From contig MHOT01000010.1 of assembly GCA_001820175.1 (NCBI GenBank), positions 8,578 to 72,577 of the forward strand: DNA of 64,000 bases. Reading direction: 5' to 3'. This DNA is from Candidatus Staskawiczbacteria bacterium RIFCSPHIGHO2_02_FULL_42_22 (lineage in GTDB: Bacteria; Patescibacteriota; Minisyncoccia; Minisyncoccales; Staskawiczbacteraceae). Each line of letters opens with the position of its first letter. The stretch's first letter is position 1. The notes below the pieces were generated by a model. That model did no database searches. It had not been told where the DNA came from and saw nothing but the letters and a program-made list of their open reading frames with translations. A program made the position numbers and the translations under genes. Shown here piece by piece: positions 7,211 to 15,859 of the stretch.

Positions 7211-8983
7211 GTGGCTTGGCGCTACCTACAGTTTACACTGTTTTTTAGAAAGCGAAGGTGCTTGATGTCCAAACCGAAAATCCTGGCTGGTGGCCTGAAC
7301 AGCAACAATGGCAACATCCAGGAGGCCTATGACAGGGCCACCTCTGCTGGGGGTAACGCTCCAGTCAACGAGACCGTCTCTCCGCCGAACGGAAGCGTCG
7401 CTCCTACTCAAGGGGAGAGAACTGACACCCAACGCAAAAAAGGGGGTGCTCGCATCAGCGAGGCCCCGGTCTTCCAGATGGTGATTCCCAATATCTCCGT
7501 CACGGAGGATGGGAAAGCGGCATTCCAACTGGCCGCAGAGAAAATCCGACTCCGGGCCGAAGCCCGCGAGGAAGGGAAGCGACAGAAAAAGGCCTTCGTC
7601 CATCGTTTCATCGAATGGATGAATGCCCCTCTCCTGCTCGTCCTCGACATCCAGAACGAATGCAGGCGTCTCCGGGAGGAATACCCGAATCAGACCGCAG
7701 ACCAGGAGTTCCTGAACGAGGTCTACGAAGAGCACGAGAAGGATGGGAGGATGGTGACACTGACGTACCAGCAGCAGTGTGACGAAATCAACGGGGAGAT
7801 CGAGAGGAACGTCAACTGCGGCGACCCGATCATCGCTCTGCCGATCGTGGTAGCGCGAGAGGTCTTCTGGGTTTCGTTCCAGGTCCTGTCAATGAAGGAA
7901 CTGGTCCACAAGGTCCAGATGCTGGAAAAGGATGAAATCCTTCGGGATGATCCTCTGGGCAAGATCCGTCTGTCCGGGAAGCGGCGATTCTCTCTTTCCA
8001 AACGTCTGGAAGTACTAGACAAGGAGACCCAAGCAGAGCTGACTCTCGCCATCAACACAGCCATCCAGAACAAGCTTCTGGATATCCGGAAGAAGGCCGA
8101 ACAGAACAACAAACAGAAGATCGCCGATTGGCTCGCTCTCAAGGTGAGGCCGCTGGACATCTTCGACAATCACTGCGAGGGCAATGCAGATGGGAGCTAC
8201 TATCTGCCGCTCGCCGACAACGGTCATGTGCTCGTGGAGTTCACTCCCGAGTACCTTCACATCAAGGATGCTGTGGGTAGAGATGATCTGGTGGCTACGA
8301 TCCGAAGCCTCGAGGAGCACTACGAGATTCCGGTTCTCGTGGAGCGCCAGAGCATCAAAAACTCTTCGGGCCAACTCCGTCAAAAGAGCAACGCGCCCAA
8401 TTTCGGAGCGCCGAAGGCAGTCCACAGGGACGACCATCGGGACTGGGCGTCTGTCATGGAATTCACTTGGCACACGACCCGCGACGCGATCGAGAGGGTC
8501 CTGGGATACTCCATGAAGAACCCCAACGCCGCCCAGGACAACCTGTCGGATCCGGAGGCCAGTCGGCTCCTGGAACCGGTCAAGGTCAGGGACAAGCCGT
8601 CACCAGTCAAGGGAGGAGTGGCCGGTACTCCAGTGGTGGTCAAGAAAGACATGATCCAGACGCTCAAGGCCCACGAATTCCATGTCGCGTGCCTCGACGG
8701 ACGATACTCGGTAGAGATACCGGAGTGGAACTGGAGATTCGATGACAGTACTGAGGAAACTGTCAAGAATCTTCGAATGACCTTCGAACGGTTCGAAGAC
8801 AGTGACGGTGAGACCCGACTCAGGATAGTCGGATTCTCCCCGGAACACGAGAACTTCCTGAAAAAGGCCGGCTGCCTGAACAAGGACGGCTACCTGGACA
8901 AACCCAGGAAGTACGGCGGACGACTGAAGTTCTTTTCCAACCTACTGACTGCCGACTATAAACGGCACTGCGTAGGAAGATAA
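7211..8983 (+). CDS. Hypothetical large protein (GC-rich orphan); likely start ATG 7265
   Basis: 590-aa ORF; about 58% GC over 120 nt counted; several long antisense ORFs are the usual high-GC artefact. Confidence 0.55.
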   Translation: MAWRYLQFTLFFRKRRCLMSKPKILAGGLNSNNGNIQEAYDRATSAGGNAPVNETVSPPNGSVAPTQGERTDTQRKKGGARISEAPVFQMVIPNISVTEDGKAAFQLAAEKIRLRAEAREEGKRQKKAFVHRFIEWMNAPLLLVLDIQNECRRLREEYPNQTADQEFLNEVYEEHEKDGRMVTLTYQQQCDEINGEIERNVNCGDPIIALPIVVAREVFWVSFQVLSMKELVHKVQMLEKDEILRDDPLGKIRLSGKRRFSLSKRLEVLDKETQAELTLAINTAIQNKLLDIRKKAEQNNKQKIADWLALKVRPLDIFDNHCEGNADGSYYLPLADNGHVLVEFTPEYLHIKDAVGRDDLVATIRSLEEHYEIPVLVERQSIKNSSGQLRQKSNAPNFGAPKAVHRDDHRDWASVMEFTWHTTRDAIERVLGYSMKNPNAAQDNLSDPEASRLLEPVKVRDKPSPVKGGVAGTPVVVKKDMIQTLKAHEFHVACLDGRYSVEIPEWNWRFDDSTEETVKNLRMTFERFEDSDGETRLRIVGFSPEHENFLKKAGCLNKDGYLDKPRKYGGRLKFFSNLLTADYKRHCVGR

Positions 8984-8989
8984 CCCAAA

Positions 8990-9040
8990 GAGCGTTGCGT
9001 GCGCACACACAAGTGTGGCATGCAACGCTCTCTTTTTTTT
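8990..9040 (+). terminator. Terminator of the 590-aa orphan
   Basis: gagcgttgc...gcaacgctc stem followed by T8 run. Confidence 0.7.
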
Positions 9041-9210
9041 GCAAAAAATCGCCGAAACTCCTTCTTGAAATATATTTTTTAACGTGATACGATAATGCTA
9101 ATTCAAAATTTAAAAATCAAAATTCAAAGTTAATGCATCGCCTCCGGCGGTTATTTTTAATTTTACACTGCCATTTTGCATTTTGAGATTTGCATTTTGC
9201 ATTTATCATT

Positions 9211-11094
9211 ATGAAATTAAACCCTTTACTTAAAAATTTTATTTTCGTCATATTAATTCTGCTGGTCATCGGCGGTGTCTTTAGCTTGCTGTATTTACCG
9301 GCCGAAAAACAAAACCAAATATCCATTTCGCAACTAGTCCAAGACATTAATGCCGAAAAGGTGAAAAAAATCGATGTTTCCGGTGATGCCATTAAAATAA
9401 CCTATACCGATGATAAAACCGCCCAGTCCATGAAAGAATCGAATTCGGTCCTAGCCGATGTATTGACTAATTTGGGCGCCGACTCCGCCAAGCTGCAAAA
9501 AGTGGAAATAAGCGCTTCAACGGTTCAAGAAAGCGTTTGGTCATGGTTGCTTCCCGCACTACTGTATGGCATTTTGCCGCTGGTGTTAATTGGGTTTTTC
9601 TTGTGGACCATGATGCGACAGGCACGATCCGGAGCTGGCCAAGTATTTGACTTTACCCGATCAAAAGCTAGAATTTTTGGCGCGGATCCTAACAACAAAG
9701 AAAAAATCACCTTTAAAGATGTGGCGGGACTCAAAGAAGCTAAAGAAGAGTTAATGGAAATTGTGGACTTTTTAAAGTTCCCAAAAAAATACTTGGCCAT
9801 GGGAGCAAAGGTACCAAGGGGTGTTTTATTATTGGGTAGCAGCGGCGTTGGAAAAACAATGCTTGCAAGAGCAGTCGCCGGTGAAGCCAACGTGCCATTT
9901 TTTAGTATTTCCGGATCTGAATTCGTAGAAATGTTTGTGGGGGTAGGTTCGGCCAGAGTACGGGATTTGTTTTCCACCGCTAAAAAGGCCTCTCCTTCCA
10001 TTATTTTCATTGACGAACTAGATGCCATCGGCCGGCACCGCGGAGCCGGCATTGGCGGAGGCCACGACGAACGCGAACAAACCCTCAACATGATTTTAGT
10101 GGAAATGGACGGCTTCCAGAAAGATACGGGCGTTTTGGTGTTTGCAGCAACGAATCGCGGAGATATTTTAGACCCTGCGCTTTTGCGACCCGGGCGGTTT
10201 GACCGAAAAATTATTTTAGATAATCCTGATGTGCACGATCGCGAAGCTATTTTACAAATTCATTCAAAAGAAAAACCACTGGCTTCAAACATTAACTTTA
10301 AAGAAATTGCCGAACGCACACCTGGTTTTTCTGGTGCTGATTTGGCTAATGTAGCCAATGAAGCAGCATTACTAGCCGCGCGGCAAAATAAAACCCAGGT
10401 ATTCCAGGATGACTTTTTGGAAGCGATTGAAAAAGTGCTTTTGGGACCTGAAAGAAAAAGCCATATTTTATCCAAAAAAGAAAAAGAAATTACGGCTTAT
10501 CACGAAGCCGGTCACGCGCTGGTTTCTAGCAGCATTCCCGGAACCGACCCTATCAGAAAAATATCTATTATATCTCGAGGCATGGCGGGCGGATACACAT
10601 TTCAAGTGCCATCGGAAGACAATAAAATGCGCACCAAAACCCAATTTTTGGCTGAAATTGCAACGCTTATGGGAGGGTTTAGCGCCGAACGCCTGGTGTT
10701 TGGAGAAATGAGCACGGGGGCCAGCAATGACTTGGGGAAAGCGTCGCACCTGGCCCGCAAAATTGTCAAAGAATGGGGCATGTCTTCCCTGGGACCCATT
10801 TCATTTGGCGACAAAGAAGAAATGGTATTTTTGGGCCGGGAAATTTCAGAACAAAGAAATTACTCGGAAGCCGTGGCCGAAAAAATTGACAAAGAAATCG
10901 AAACCATTTTACGCAGCGCCGAAAAACGGGCGACTGAAATTGTGGCCAAGCGCCGTGATATGCTGGAAAAAATCGCCAAAATATTAGTGGAAAAAGAAAC
11001 GATAGAACGAGAAGAGTTTGAGAAGATTATCGGAAACGGAAAATCCCAAATTCCAAATCACAAATCCCAAATAAACTCCAAATCCAAAAAATAA
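9211..11094 (+). CDS. ftsH: ATP-dependent zinc metalloprotease FtsH
   Basis: Walker A GSSGVGKT, SRH region, HEAGHA zinc motif. ATG 9211 preferred over TTG 9190. C-terminal tail KSQIPNHKSQINSKSKK is encoded by word repeats. Confidence 0.95.
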   Translation: MKLNPLLKNFIFVILILLVIGGVFSLLYLPAEKQNQISISQLVQDINAEKVKKIDVSGDAIKITYTDDKTAQSMKESNSVLADVLTNLGADSAKLQKVEISASTVQESVWSWLLPALLYGILPLVLIGFFLWTMMRQARSGAGQVFDFTRSKARIFGADPNNKEKITFKDVAGLKEAKEELMEIVDFLKFPKKYLAMGAKVPRGVLLLGSSGVGKTMLARAVAGEANVPFFSISGSEFVEMFVGVGSARVRDLFSTAKKASPSIIFIDELDAIGRHRGAGIGGGHDEREQTLNMILVEMDGFQKDTGVLVFAATNRGDILDPALLRPGRFDRKIILDNPDVHDREAILQIHSKEKPLASNINFKEIAERTPGFSGADLANVANEAALLAARQNKTQVFQDDFLEAIEKVLLGPERKSHILSKKEKEITAYHEAGHALVSSSIPGTDPIRKISIISRGMAGGYTFQVPSEDNKMRTKTQFLAEIATLMGGFSAERLVFGEMSTGASNDLGKASHLARKIVKEWGMSSLGPISFGDKEEMVFLGREISEQRNYSEAVAEKIDKEIETILRSAEKRATEIVAKRRDMLEKIAKILVEKETIEREEFEKIIGNGKSQIPNHKSQINSKSKK

Positions 11095-11101
11095 AACATT
11101 C

Positions 11102-11209
11102 GTCATTGCGAGCCCGCAGGCGTGGCAATCTCCGTCGTTATGAGTGGAGATTGCTTCGCAGGGTGCAGTACTGTACCCTGCTTCGTCGCTGTGGCTCCTC
11201 GCAATGACG
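11102..11209. repeat. GTCATTGCGAG nested-palindrome repeat, copy R1
   Basis: cgtcattgcgag...gattgcttcg...ctcgcaatgacg. Confidence 0.8.
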
Positions 11210-11220
11210 AAAGTGAAAAT

Positions 11221-11292
11221 GCTCCCATAGCTCAACGGCAGAGCACCTCGCTTATATCGAGTAGGTTCCAGGTTCGAATCCTGGTGGGAGCA
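11221..11292 (+). tRNA. tRNA-Ile, anticodon UAU
   Basis: Hand fold: acceptor GCTCCCA/TGGGAGC, D GCTC/GAGC, anticodon stem CCTCG/CGAGT (one C-U pair), loop CTTATAT, T arm CCAGG-TTCGAAT-CCTGG; no encoded CCA. Confidence 0.7.
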
Positions 11293-11318
11293 CTATAACA
11301 ATTTTATCATTAATTATC

Positions 11319-11786
11319 ATGCCAGGAGAGAATCATAAAAACTTACCGGAGGAAAATCCACCAAACTCTGAATCGAGAATTGATGAATATGGACAAATAG
11401 TCCAAGAAGAAGAAAAGTTAGAAAAAAAAGATGAAAATCCGATTTTTAGATTATTGAACTTACGCGAAATAGTTCTTATTCAAAGCATACACCCAAACTA
11501 TGTAAAACAACCTGCCGACGCCTTATATTGGAGACCAGGGAGATTGGAACAAAATAAGAAAATTTTTGAGGAAATGAAAACGATAGCAAACCATTCTGGA
11601 ATTAATGCATTGACTCATCCTGCTACAGGCGAAAACATAGTTTTTAAGGATTTATTTAATCTTCTTGAAAAATCAATTGCATATTCAGAAGATATTAATC
11701 GGCAATTAATAACAGAGCCATCCGAACAAGCTGAAGGAAATACTGATCAAAAAGCCGCTCTAAGAAAAAAATTACTGGAAAAATAA
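11319..11786 (+). CDS. Hypothetical protein
   Basis: 155-aa ORF, no recognised motif. Confidence 0.4.
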   Translation: MPGENHKNLPEENPPNSESRIDEYGQIVQEEEKLEKKDENPIFRLLNLREIVLIQSIHPNYVKQPADALYWRPGRLEQNKKIFEEMKTIANHSGINALTHPATGENIVFKDLFNLLEKSIAYSEDINRQLITEPSEQAEGNTDQKAALRKKLLEK

Positions 11787-11788
11787 TA

Positions 11789-12676
11789 ATGCAAAAAGAA
11801 CGCATTAAAAAATTCCAGAAACTTGTTTGGGATTTTTATCAAAAAAACAAACGTGAGTTTGCCTGGCGCAAAACCCGTGATCCTTACAAAATCCTGGTTT
11901 CCGAAATCATGCTCCAGCAAACCCAGGCCGACAGGGTGATCAGATTCTATGAAAAGTGGATTAACCGCTTCCCTAACTTCAAGGTCCTTGCAAGTGCCAA
12001 ATTTAGCGAAATATACCCCTTCTGGCAGGGACTGGGTTACAACAGGCGCGCGCTTGCACTCAAGCGCGCGGCGGAAAAATCCGTCAAAGAATTTGACGGA
12101 AAACTACCGGCCGAAATTGAAAAACTGGAAGAATTTCCCGGCATTGGGCCATACACTGCCCGTGCCATCAGCATTTTTTCTTTTAATACACCTGTTGCTT
12201 GCATTGAAACGAATATTCGTCGGGTATTTATTCATCATTTTTTCGCTGAAAAAATATCGCGGAAAGATGCGGAAATTAACCCTTCGGCTCCGCTCAGGGC
12301 GAGCGCGGAAACGCGCGGAAAAAAGATAAACGACGAGCAGATTTTAGAAATTGCACAGCGGGCTTTGCCAGCTGGCAAAGCCCGTCAATGGCACTGGGCC
12401 TTAATGGACTACGGCGCTTATTTAAAGTCCACTGTGCCCAATCCCAACCGCCGCCATAAAAACTACAACGTCCAATCAAAATTCGAGGGCTCGTTACGCC
12501 AAATCCGCGGCACTGCGTTAAAGATACTTTCGGCCAAAAAAATGGACTGTGACGAGTTAGTTGAAAGATTAAAAAAAGCAACGTTGCAAACCAAGGAAAG
12601 AATCAAAAAAGTAATTTTAGCGCTAGAAAAAGAAGGGTTAATAAAGTCCCGTAAGAAAATTTATTCTTTAAAATAA
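11789..12676 (+). CDS. HhH-GPD DNA glycosylase, MutY/EndoIII-like
   Basis: DPYKILVSEIMLQQTQ, GLGYNRRA, FPGIGPYTARAI helix-hairpin-helix; no C-terminal Cys cluster visible. Confidence 0.75.
   Translation: MQKERIKKFQKLVWDFYQKNKREFAWRKTRDPYKILVSEIMLQQTQADRVIRFYEKWINRFPNFKVLASAKFSEIYPFWQGLGYNRRALALKRAAEKSVKEFDGKLPAEIEKLEEFPGIGPYTARAISIFSFNTPVACIETNIRRVFIHHFFAEKISRKDAEINPSAPLRASAETRGKKINDEQILEIAQRALPAGKARQWHWALMDYGAYLKSTVPNPNRRHKNYNVQSKFEGSLRQIRGTALKILSAKKMDCDELVERLKKATLQTKERIKKVILALEKEGLIKSRKKIYSLK
12258..12323 (+). repeat. In-frame repeat insertion (partner of 2031-2124)
   Basis: Encodes RKDAEINPSAPLRASAETRGKK; shares a 17-nt identical string atgcggaaattaaccct with the rpsA copy. Confidence 0.6.
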
Positions 12677-12680
12677 TAAC

Positions 12681-12809
12681 CCCTCACTCTCCTGCACGCA
12701 TCCGTCGTCATTGCGAGGAGCCACAGCAACGAAGCAATCTAGAGCAAAGCTATGCACATACCCTAGATTGCCACGCCTGCGGGCTCGCAATGACGAGAAG
12801 CGTGAGGGA
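12681..12809. repeat. GTCATTGCGAG repeat, copy R2 (outer arms ccctcac/gtgaggg)
   Basis: Read directly. Confidence 0.8.
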
Positions 12810-12824
12810 TTACTTAAAATAGGA

Positions 12825-12853
12825 TTGACAAGTACATATCCGTTGTATACACT
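12825..12853 (+). promoter_or_regulatory. Promoter of toxin-antitoxin operon
   Basis: TTGACA, 17 nt spacer, TACACT. Confidence 0.5.
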
Positions 12854-12881
12854 TATGGTATATTATAATTAACCACACATC

Positions 12882-12917
12882 ATACTCTAATTTTAACGAT
12901 CGTTAAAATTAGAGTAT
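12882..12917. promoter_or_regulatory. 36-bp perfect palindrome, probable TA operator
   Basis: atactctaattttaacgatcgttaaaattagagtat, 10 nt upstream of the antitoxin start. Confidence 0.6.
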
Positions 12918-12926
12918 ATCAAAACT

Positions 12927-13199
12927 ATGAAAACTACGATGCATATAAAAGTTGATAAGGATATTAAAGAAAAATCTGCCAAAATAGCCCGTAACTTGGG
13001 ATTATCTTTGAGTACTATTGTTAATGCCTCTTTGCGCAATTTCATTAAAACTGAAACTTTTAGCGTAAGCAATGCGGAACGAATGACTCCCTACATGGAA
13101 AGCTGGATTGCAGAAGTAGAAGAGGATATAAAACACAACAGAAATTTTAGTGGTCCCTTTCATTCTGTTGCTGAAATTAAAAAACACTTTGAAAAATGA
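12927..13199 (+). CDS. RelB/DinJ-family antitoxin
   Basis: N-terminal ribbon-helix-helix-like MHIKVDKDIKEKSAKIARNLGLSLSTIVN; ATGA overlap with the toxin gene. Confidence 0.7.
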   Translation: MKTTMHIKVDKDIKEKSAKIARNLGLSLSTIVNASLRNFIKTETFSVSNAERMTPYMESWIAEVEEDIKHNRNFSGPFHSVAEIKKHFEK

Positions 13200-13456
13200 A
13201 GATTCTATTCAACAAGAGGTTTGATAAAACATTTAAAAAGATGCCGCTAAAGCTGCGTATAAAATTCTATCAACAAATTGAATTATTTCAGGAAAATCCA
13301 ACCAACCAACAGCTAAACAATCACGCACTCTCGGGGCAATACTTTGGTTATCGAAGTATTGATGTAAGCGGTGATGTAAGAGCCATTTTTAAGGAAACAG
13401 ATATTAACACCGTCAGATTTATGGATATTGGCACCCATAGCCAACTATACGGATAA
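13196..13456 (+). CDS. RelE/YafQ-family mRNA interferase toxin
   Basis: 86 aa; F.K.FKK.P..L..K......F..NP....L..H.L.G....RSIDVSGDVRAIF pattern. Confidence 0.7.
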   Translation: MKILFNKRFDKTFKKMPLKLRIKFYQQIELFQENPTNQQLNNHALSGQYFGYRSIDVSGDVRAIFKETDINTVRFMDIGTHSQLYG

Positions 13457-13488
13457 AACTTACGGCTAATTCGTGCGAATTAGCCCAT

Positions 13489-13564
13489 GCGCGGTTAGCT
13501 CATTTAGCAGAGCGCATCGTTGACGTCGATGAGGTAATAGGTGCAATTCCTATACCGCGCACCA
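13489..13564 (+). tRNA. tRNA-Val, anticodon GAC (CCA encoded)
   Basis: Acceptor GCGCGGT/ACCGCGC, anticodon stem CATCG/CGATG, loop TTGACGT, T loop TGCAATT. Confidence 0.8.
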
Positions 13565-13584
13565 AAAAATATTTTTATAAAAAG

Positions 13585-14205
13585 ATGGAACACAATCTTT
13601 CAGAACCAAAATCAGAATTAGAAACACCGGAAAATTTCTTTTCGATAGATGAATTGGAAAAATTTCGAGAAGAGTTTTTTGAGAAAAATGACGTTCATTC
13701 GCAAGAGAATTCAAGAAAAGTGCATTTGGATTTCATAAAAGACCTCATTGATAATCGAGAAAGGTTTCAATACATTTTTGAAACGGAAAAGGGTTCCATT
13801 TATTTCGTTTTGCATTCAGGGGAAACAATGAGAATTAAAAAACACAAACCCGGTATTTGGCCAGGCGATTATCAAATTCAAAATTTCACGAAAAGAATAT
13901 TTTTTATTGATGCTTCAGAGGAAAATCGCTTAAAAGCAATGATATTGGAAGATAATAAAAAAGAAAACATCAACAAATTAGTCGGGAAAAAAATATTTTT
14001 AACAGAGCTGCGCGAAGGAGTTATCCCAATTGAAGTAGATGTAGTAGATTTATGGGAGGATGAAGAGCATGGAAGAAGGGCTATATTTGAATTTCGCGAT
14101 AATAAGATCGTTTTTAAGGGTGATAAAATCGGAGGTAGTATTAATGAAAAAAGCATTGGGCTTGTACACTTTGGTCATCCCATTTTTAAGATTATAAAAC
14201 AATAA
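13585..14205 (+). CDS. Hypothetical protein
   Basis: 206-aa low-GC ORF. Confidence 0.45.
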   Translation: MEHNLSEPKSELETPENFFSIDELEKFREEFFEKNDVHSQENSRKVHLDFIKDLIDNRERFQYIFETEKGSIYFVLHSGETMRIKKHKPGIWPGDYQIQNFTKRIFFIDASEENRLKAMILEDNKKENINKLVGKKIFLTELREGVIPIEVDVVDLWEDEEHGRRAIFEFRDNKIVFKGDKIGGSINEKSIGLVHFGHPIFKIIKQ

Positions 14206-14242
14206 GAAATATGTTAACCGGGTCGCAACAAATTAATATCCC

Positions 14243-14443
14243 ATGAAAACAACGTTTAAAAACCCAAAATTGGACTGGTGCAAGGATGAATTAAAGACAC
14301 TCTTAGAAAAACTAATCGAGAATAATTACCATACCACGGCGGAATTTGTGTTTGACCATATTGCCCACACCGGCGTGGACACTGACCTGCAGCCCGAATT
14401 AAAAAAAGAACCAGCGCTCGAAGAATTTTTAAAAAGCGAGTAA
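14243..14443 (+). CDS. Hypothetical small protein
   Basis: 66-aa ORF. Confidence 0.3.
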   Translation: MKTTFKNPKLDWCKDELKTLLEKLIENNYHTTAEFVFDHIAHTGVDTDLQPELKKEPALEEFLKSE

Positions 14444-14448
14444 GCACT

Positions 14449-14574
14449 ATGGATCTTCAAATACTATACGAAGATAGTGAAGCGATGGTAATATATAAGC
14501 CAGCGGGAGTGGTTTTTGAAGAAGGGGAAAATCCTTCGACAAACTTAAGTATAAACCAGGGGAAATTATTTTGA
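14449..14574 (+). pseudogene. Orphan 5' fragment of an RluA-family pseudouridine synthase gene
   Basis: Hand translation MDLQILYEDSEAMVIYKPAGVVFEEGENPSTNLSINQGKLF* parallels the N-terminus of the intact gene at 15860 (MELQIPYEDNDMLAIEKPAGVV). Confidence 0.6.
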
Positions 14575-14584
14575 CTCTAACTAT

Positions 14585-14746
14585 TAGACCTGTTGCGTAA
14601 TAAGATTAACAAGCGAAATGAAGCAATTTTGGCTAAAAAATCAGAAAAATAAGGAGGTTTGCCTAGAGGGCAAGCCGACGCATTTTTATGGTTTTTTAGA
14701 CGAAATTGCAAATTACAGCGTAAATTCTTATTACGCAACAGGTCTA
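14585..14746. mobile_element. MITE, TAGACCT family (A1)
   Basis: TIRs tagacctgttgcgtaataag / cttattacgcaacaggtcta; core gaggtttgcctagagggcaagccg shared in reverse with 19656-19862. Confidence 0.8.
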
Positions 14747-14764
14747 TTAAATAATAATTAAATT

Positions 14765-15682
14765 ATGAATCCGGAAAATCTAGAAACTAGAGACCGAAAT
14801 GAGTCCGACTTGGGGGTTATAGTATTTGAAATAGAAAATTTATTGCCTACTCAAAAATTTGATAAAAAAATATTTCCCAGGAACGAAAAACCGATTGGAG
14901 AAATGATGAAGCTTTCAAATGGACTAAGAGAATCAATACTGCCAGAGGGTGGGCTAAACATATCTTCTGCTGATCAGATAGATGAAATAACTTTAGACCT
15001 TTATAATTTATGGAGGGATGCCCAGTTTTCATTGGGATTTCAAAAAATATTAGAAAACAAAAAAATAATTCCACGGGAATCTTTTTTTATCGGAGATATT
15101 GGTTCAGCTCATTGCATATCAGTGGGATTGGCCATGATGAATAACAATATACCTTGTAATTTTGTTTTTAAAAAAGATATAGGACCCAGAGTAAAAGATA
15201 TGATGTTACTTATCGGTGACGAATTAAATAATAGAAATAAAATAACTGTTCCCGCAGGCGCCGCTACATTAACGGATTGCCATCGAAATGAACCCTATAA
15301 ACCGAGGGAGAAAAAATATAGTATTCAACCCTCGGATTTCCCTGCGCCAGAAGAATTAAAAAATAAGGGTATTACACAGATTGTGCTTCTTAAAGAAGTA
15401 GAAACTGGAAGGGAATTTCATAACTTTGAATATCCATCAGACGATAATTCGGTATTGAATCCATATAAATTAAGTGGAATGGAAATTATTACTATAGGAA
15501 TTGATGAGGTATGGCGATACAATTCCGTGCATGGCGGTGAAAAGGATCGCGAACTATTTGGAAGGGACATAAATTCACAGCGTTCTCTTAAAGAAGCATT
15601 AAAATCTATAATTACAGTAGGGGATCGCAAAAAATTATGTGATTTATTGTCTGGTAGAAATATTGAAAAAATTAATCCTTAG
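14765..15682 (+). CDS. Hypothetical protein (low-GC, bracketed by two MITEs)
   Basis: 305-aa ORF; stop codon lies inside the TIR of the next MITE. Confidence 0.5.
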   Translation: MNPENLETRDRNESDLGVIVFEIENLLPTQKFDKKIFPRNEKPIGEMMKLSNGLRESILPEGGLNISSADQIDEITLDLYNLWRDAQFSLGFQKILENKKIIPRESFFIGDIGSAHCISVGLAMMNNNIPCNFVFKKDIGPRVKDMMLLIGDELNNRNKITVPAGAATLTDCHRNEPYKPREKKYSIQPSDFPAPEELKNKGITQIVLLKEVETGREFHNFEYPSDDNSVLNPYKLSGMEIITIGIDEVWRYNSVHGGEKDRELFGRDINSQRSLKEALKSIITVGDRKKLCDLLSGRNIEKINP

Positions 15683-15840
15683 GCCTCGTCCGTAAATAAC
15701 GTCCACCTTTTCATCCAATCTGCCCGCCATCTTGGCTCCAAAAAATGCTCGGCATAACTTTATTATGCCTCACATTTTTTTGAGCCAAGGCGACAGGCAT
15801 CTTGGCGAAAATCCTGGACGTTATTTACGGACGAGGCCTT
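15681..15840. mobile_element. MITE (AGGCCTCGTCCGTAAATAACGTCC TIRs)
   Basis: aggcctcgtccgtaaataacgtcc...ggacgttatttacggacgaggcct. Confidence 0.75.
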
Positions 15841-15859
15841 AGATATTGAAGATATATAA

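Noticed and set aside
7226-8883. Four long antisense ORFs (7226-7735, 7723-8169, 8015-8473, 8380-8883) and + strand alternates opposite or inside the 590-aa ORF
   Set aside because: This is the typical stop-codon-poor artefact of GC-rich DNA. They are Arg/Ser/Pro-rich, overlap each other, and the 590-aa frame is the longest and has promoter and terminator signals.
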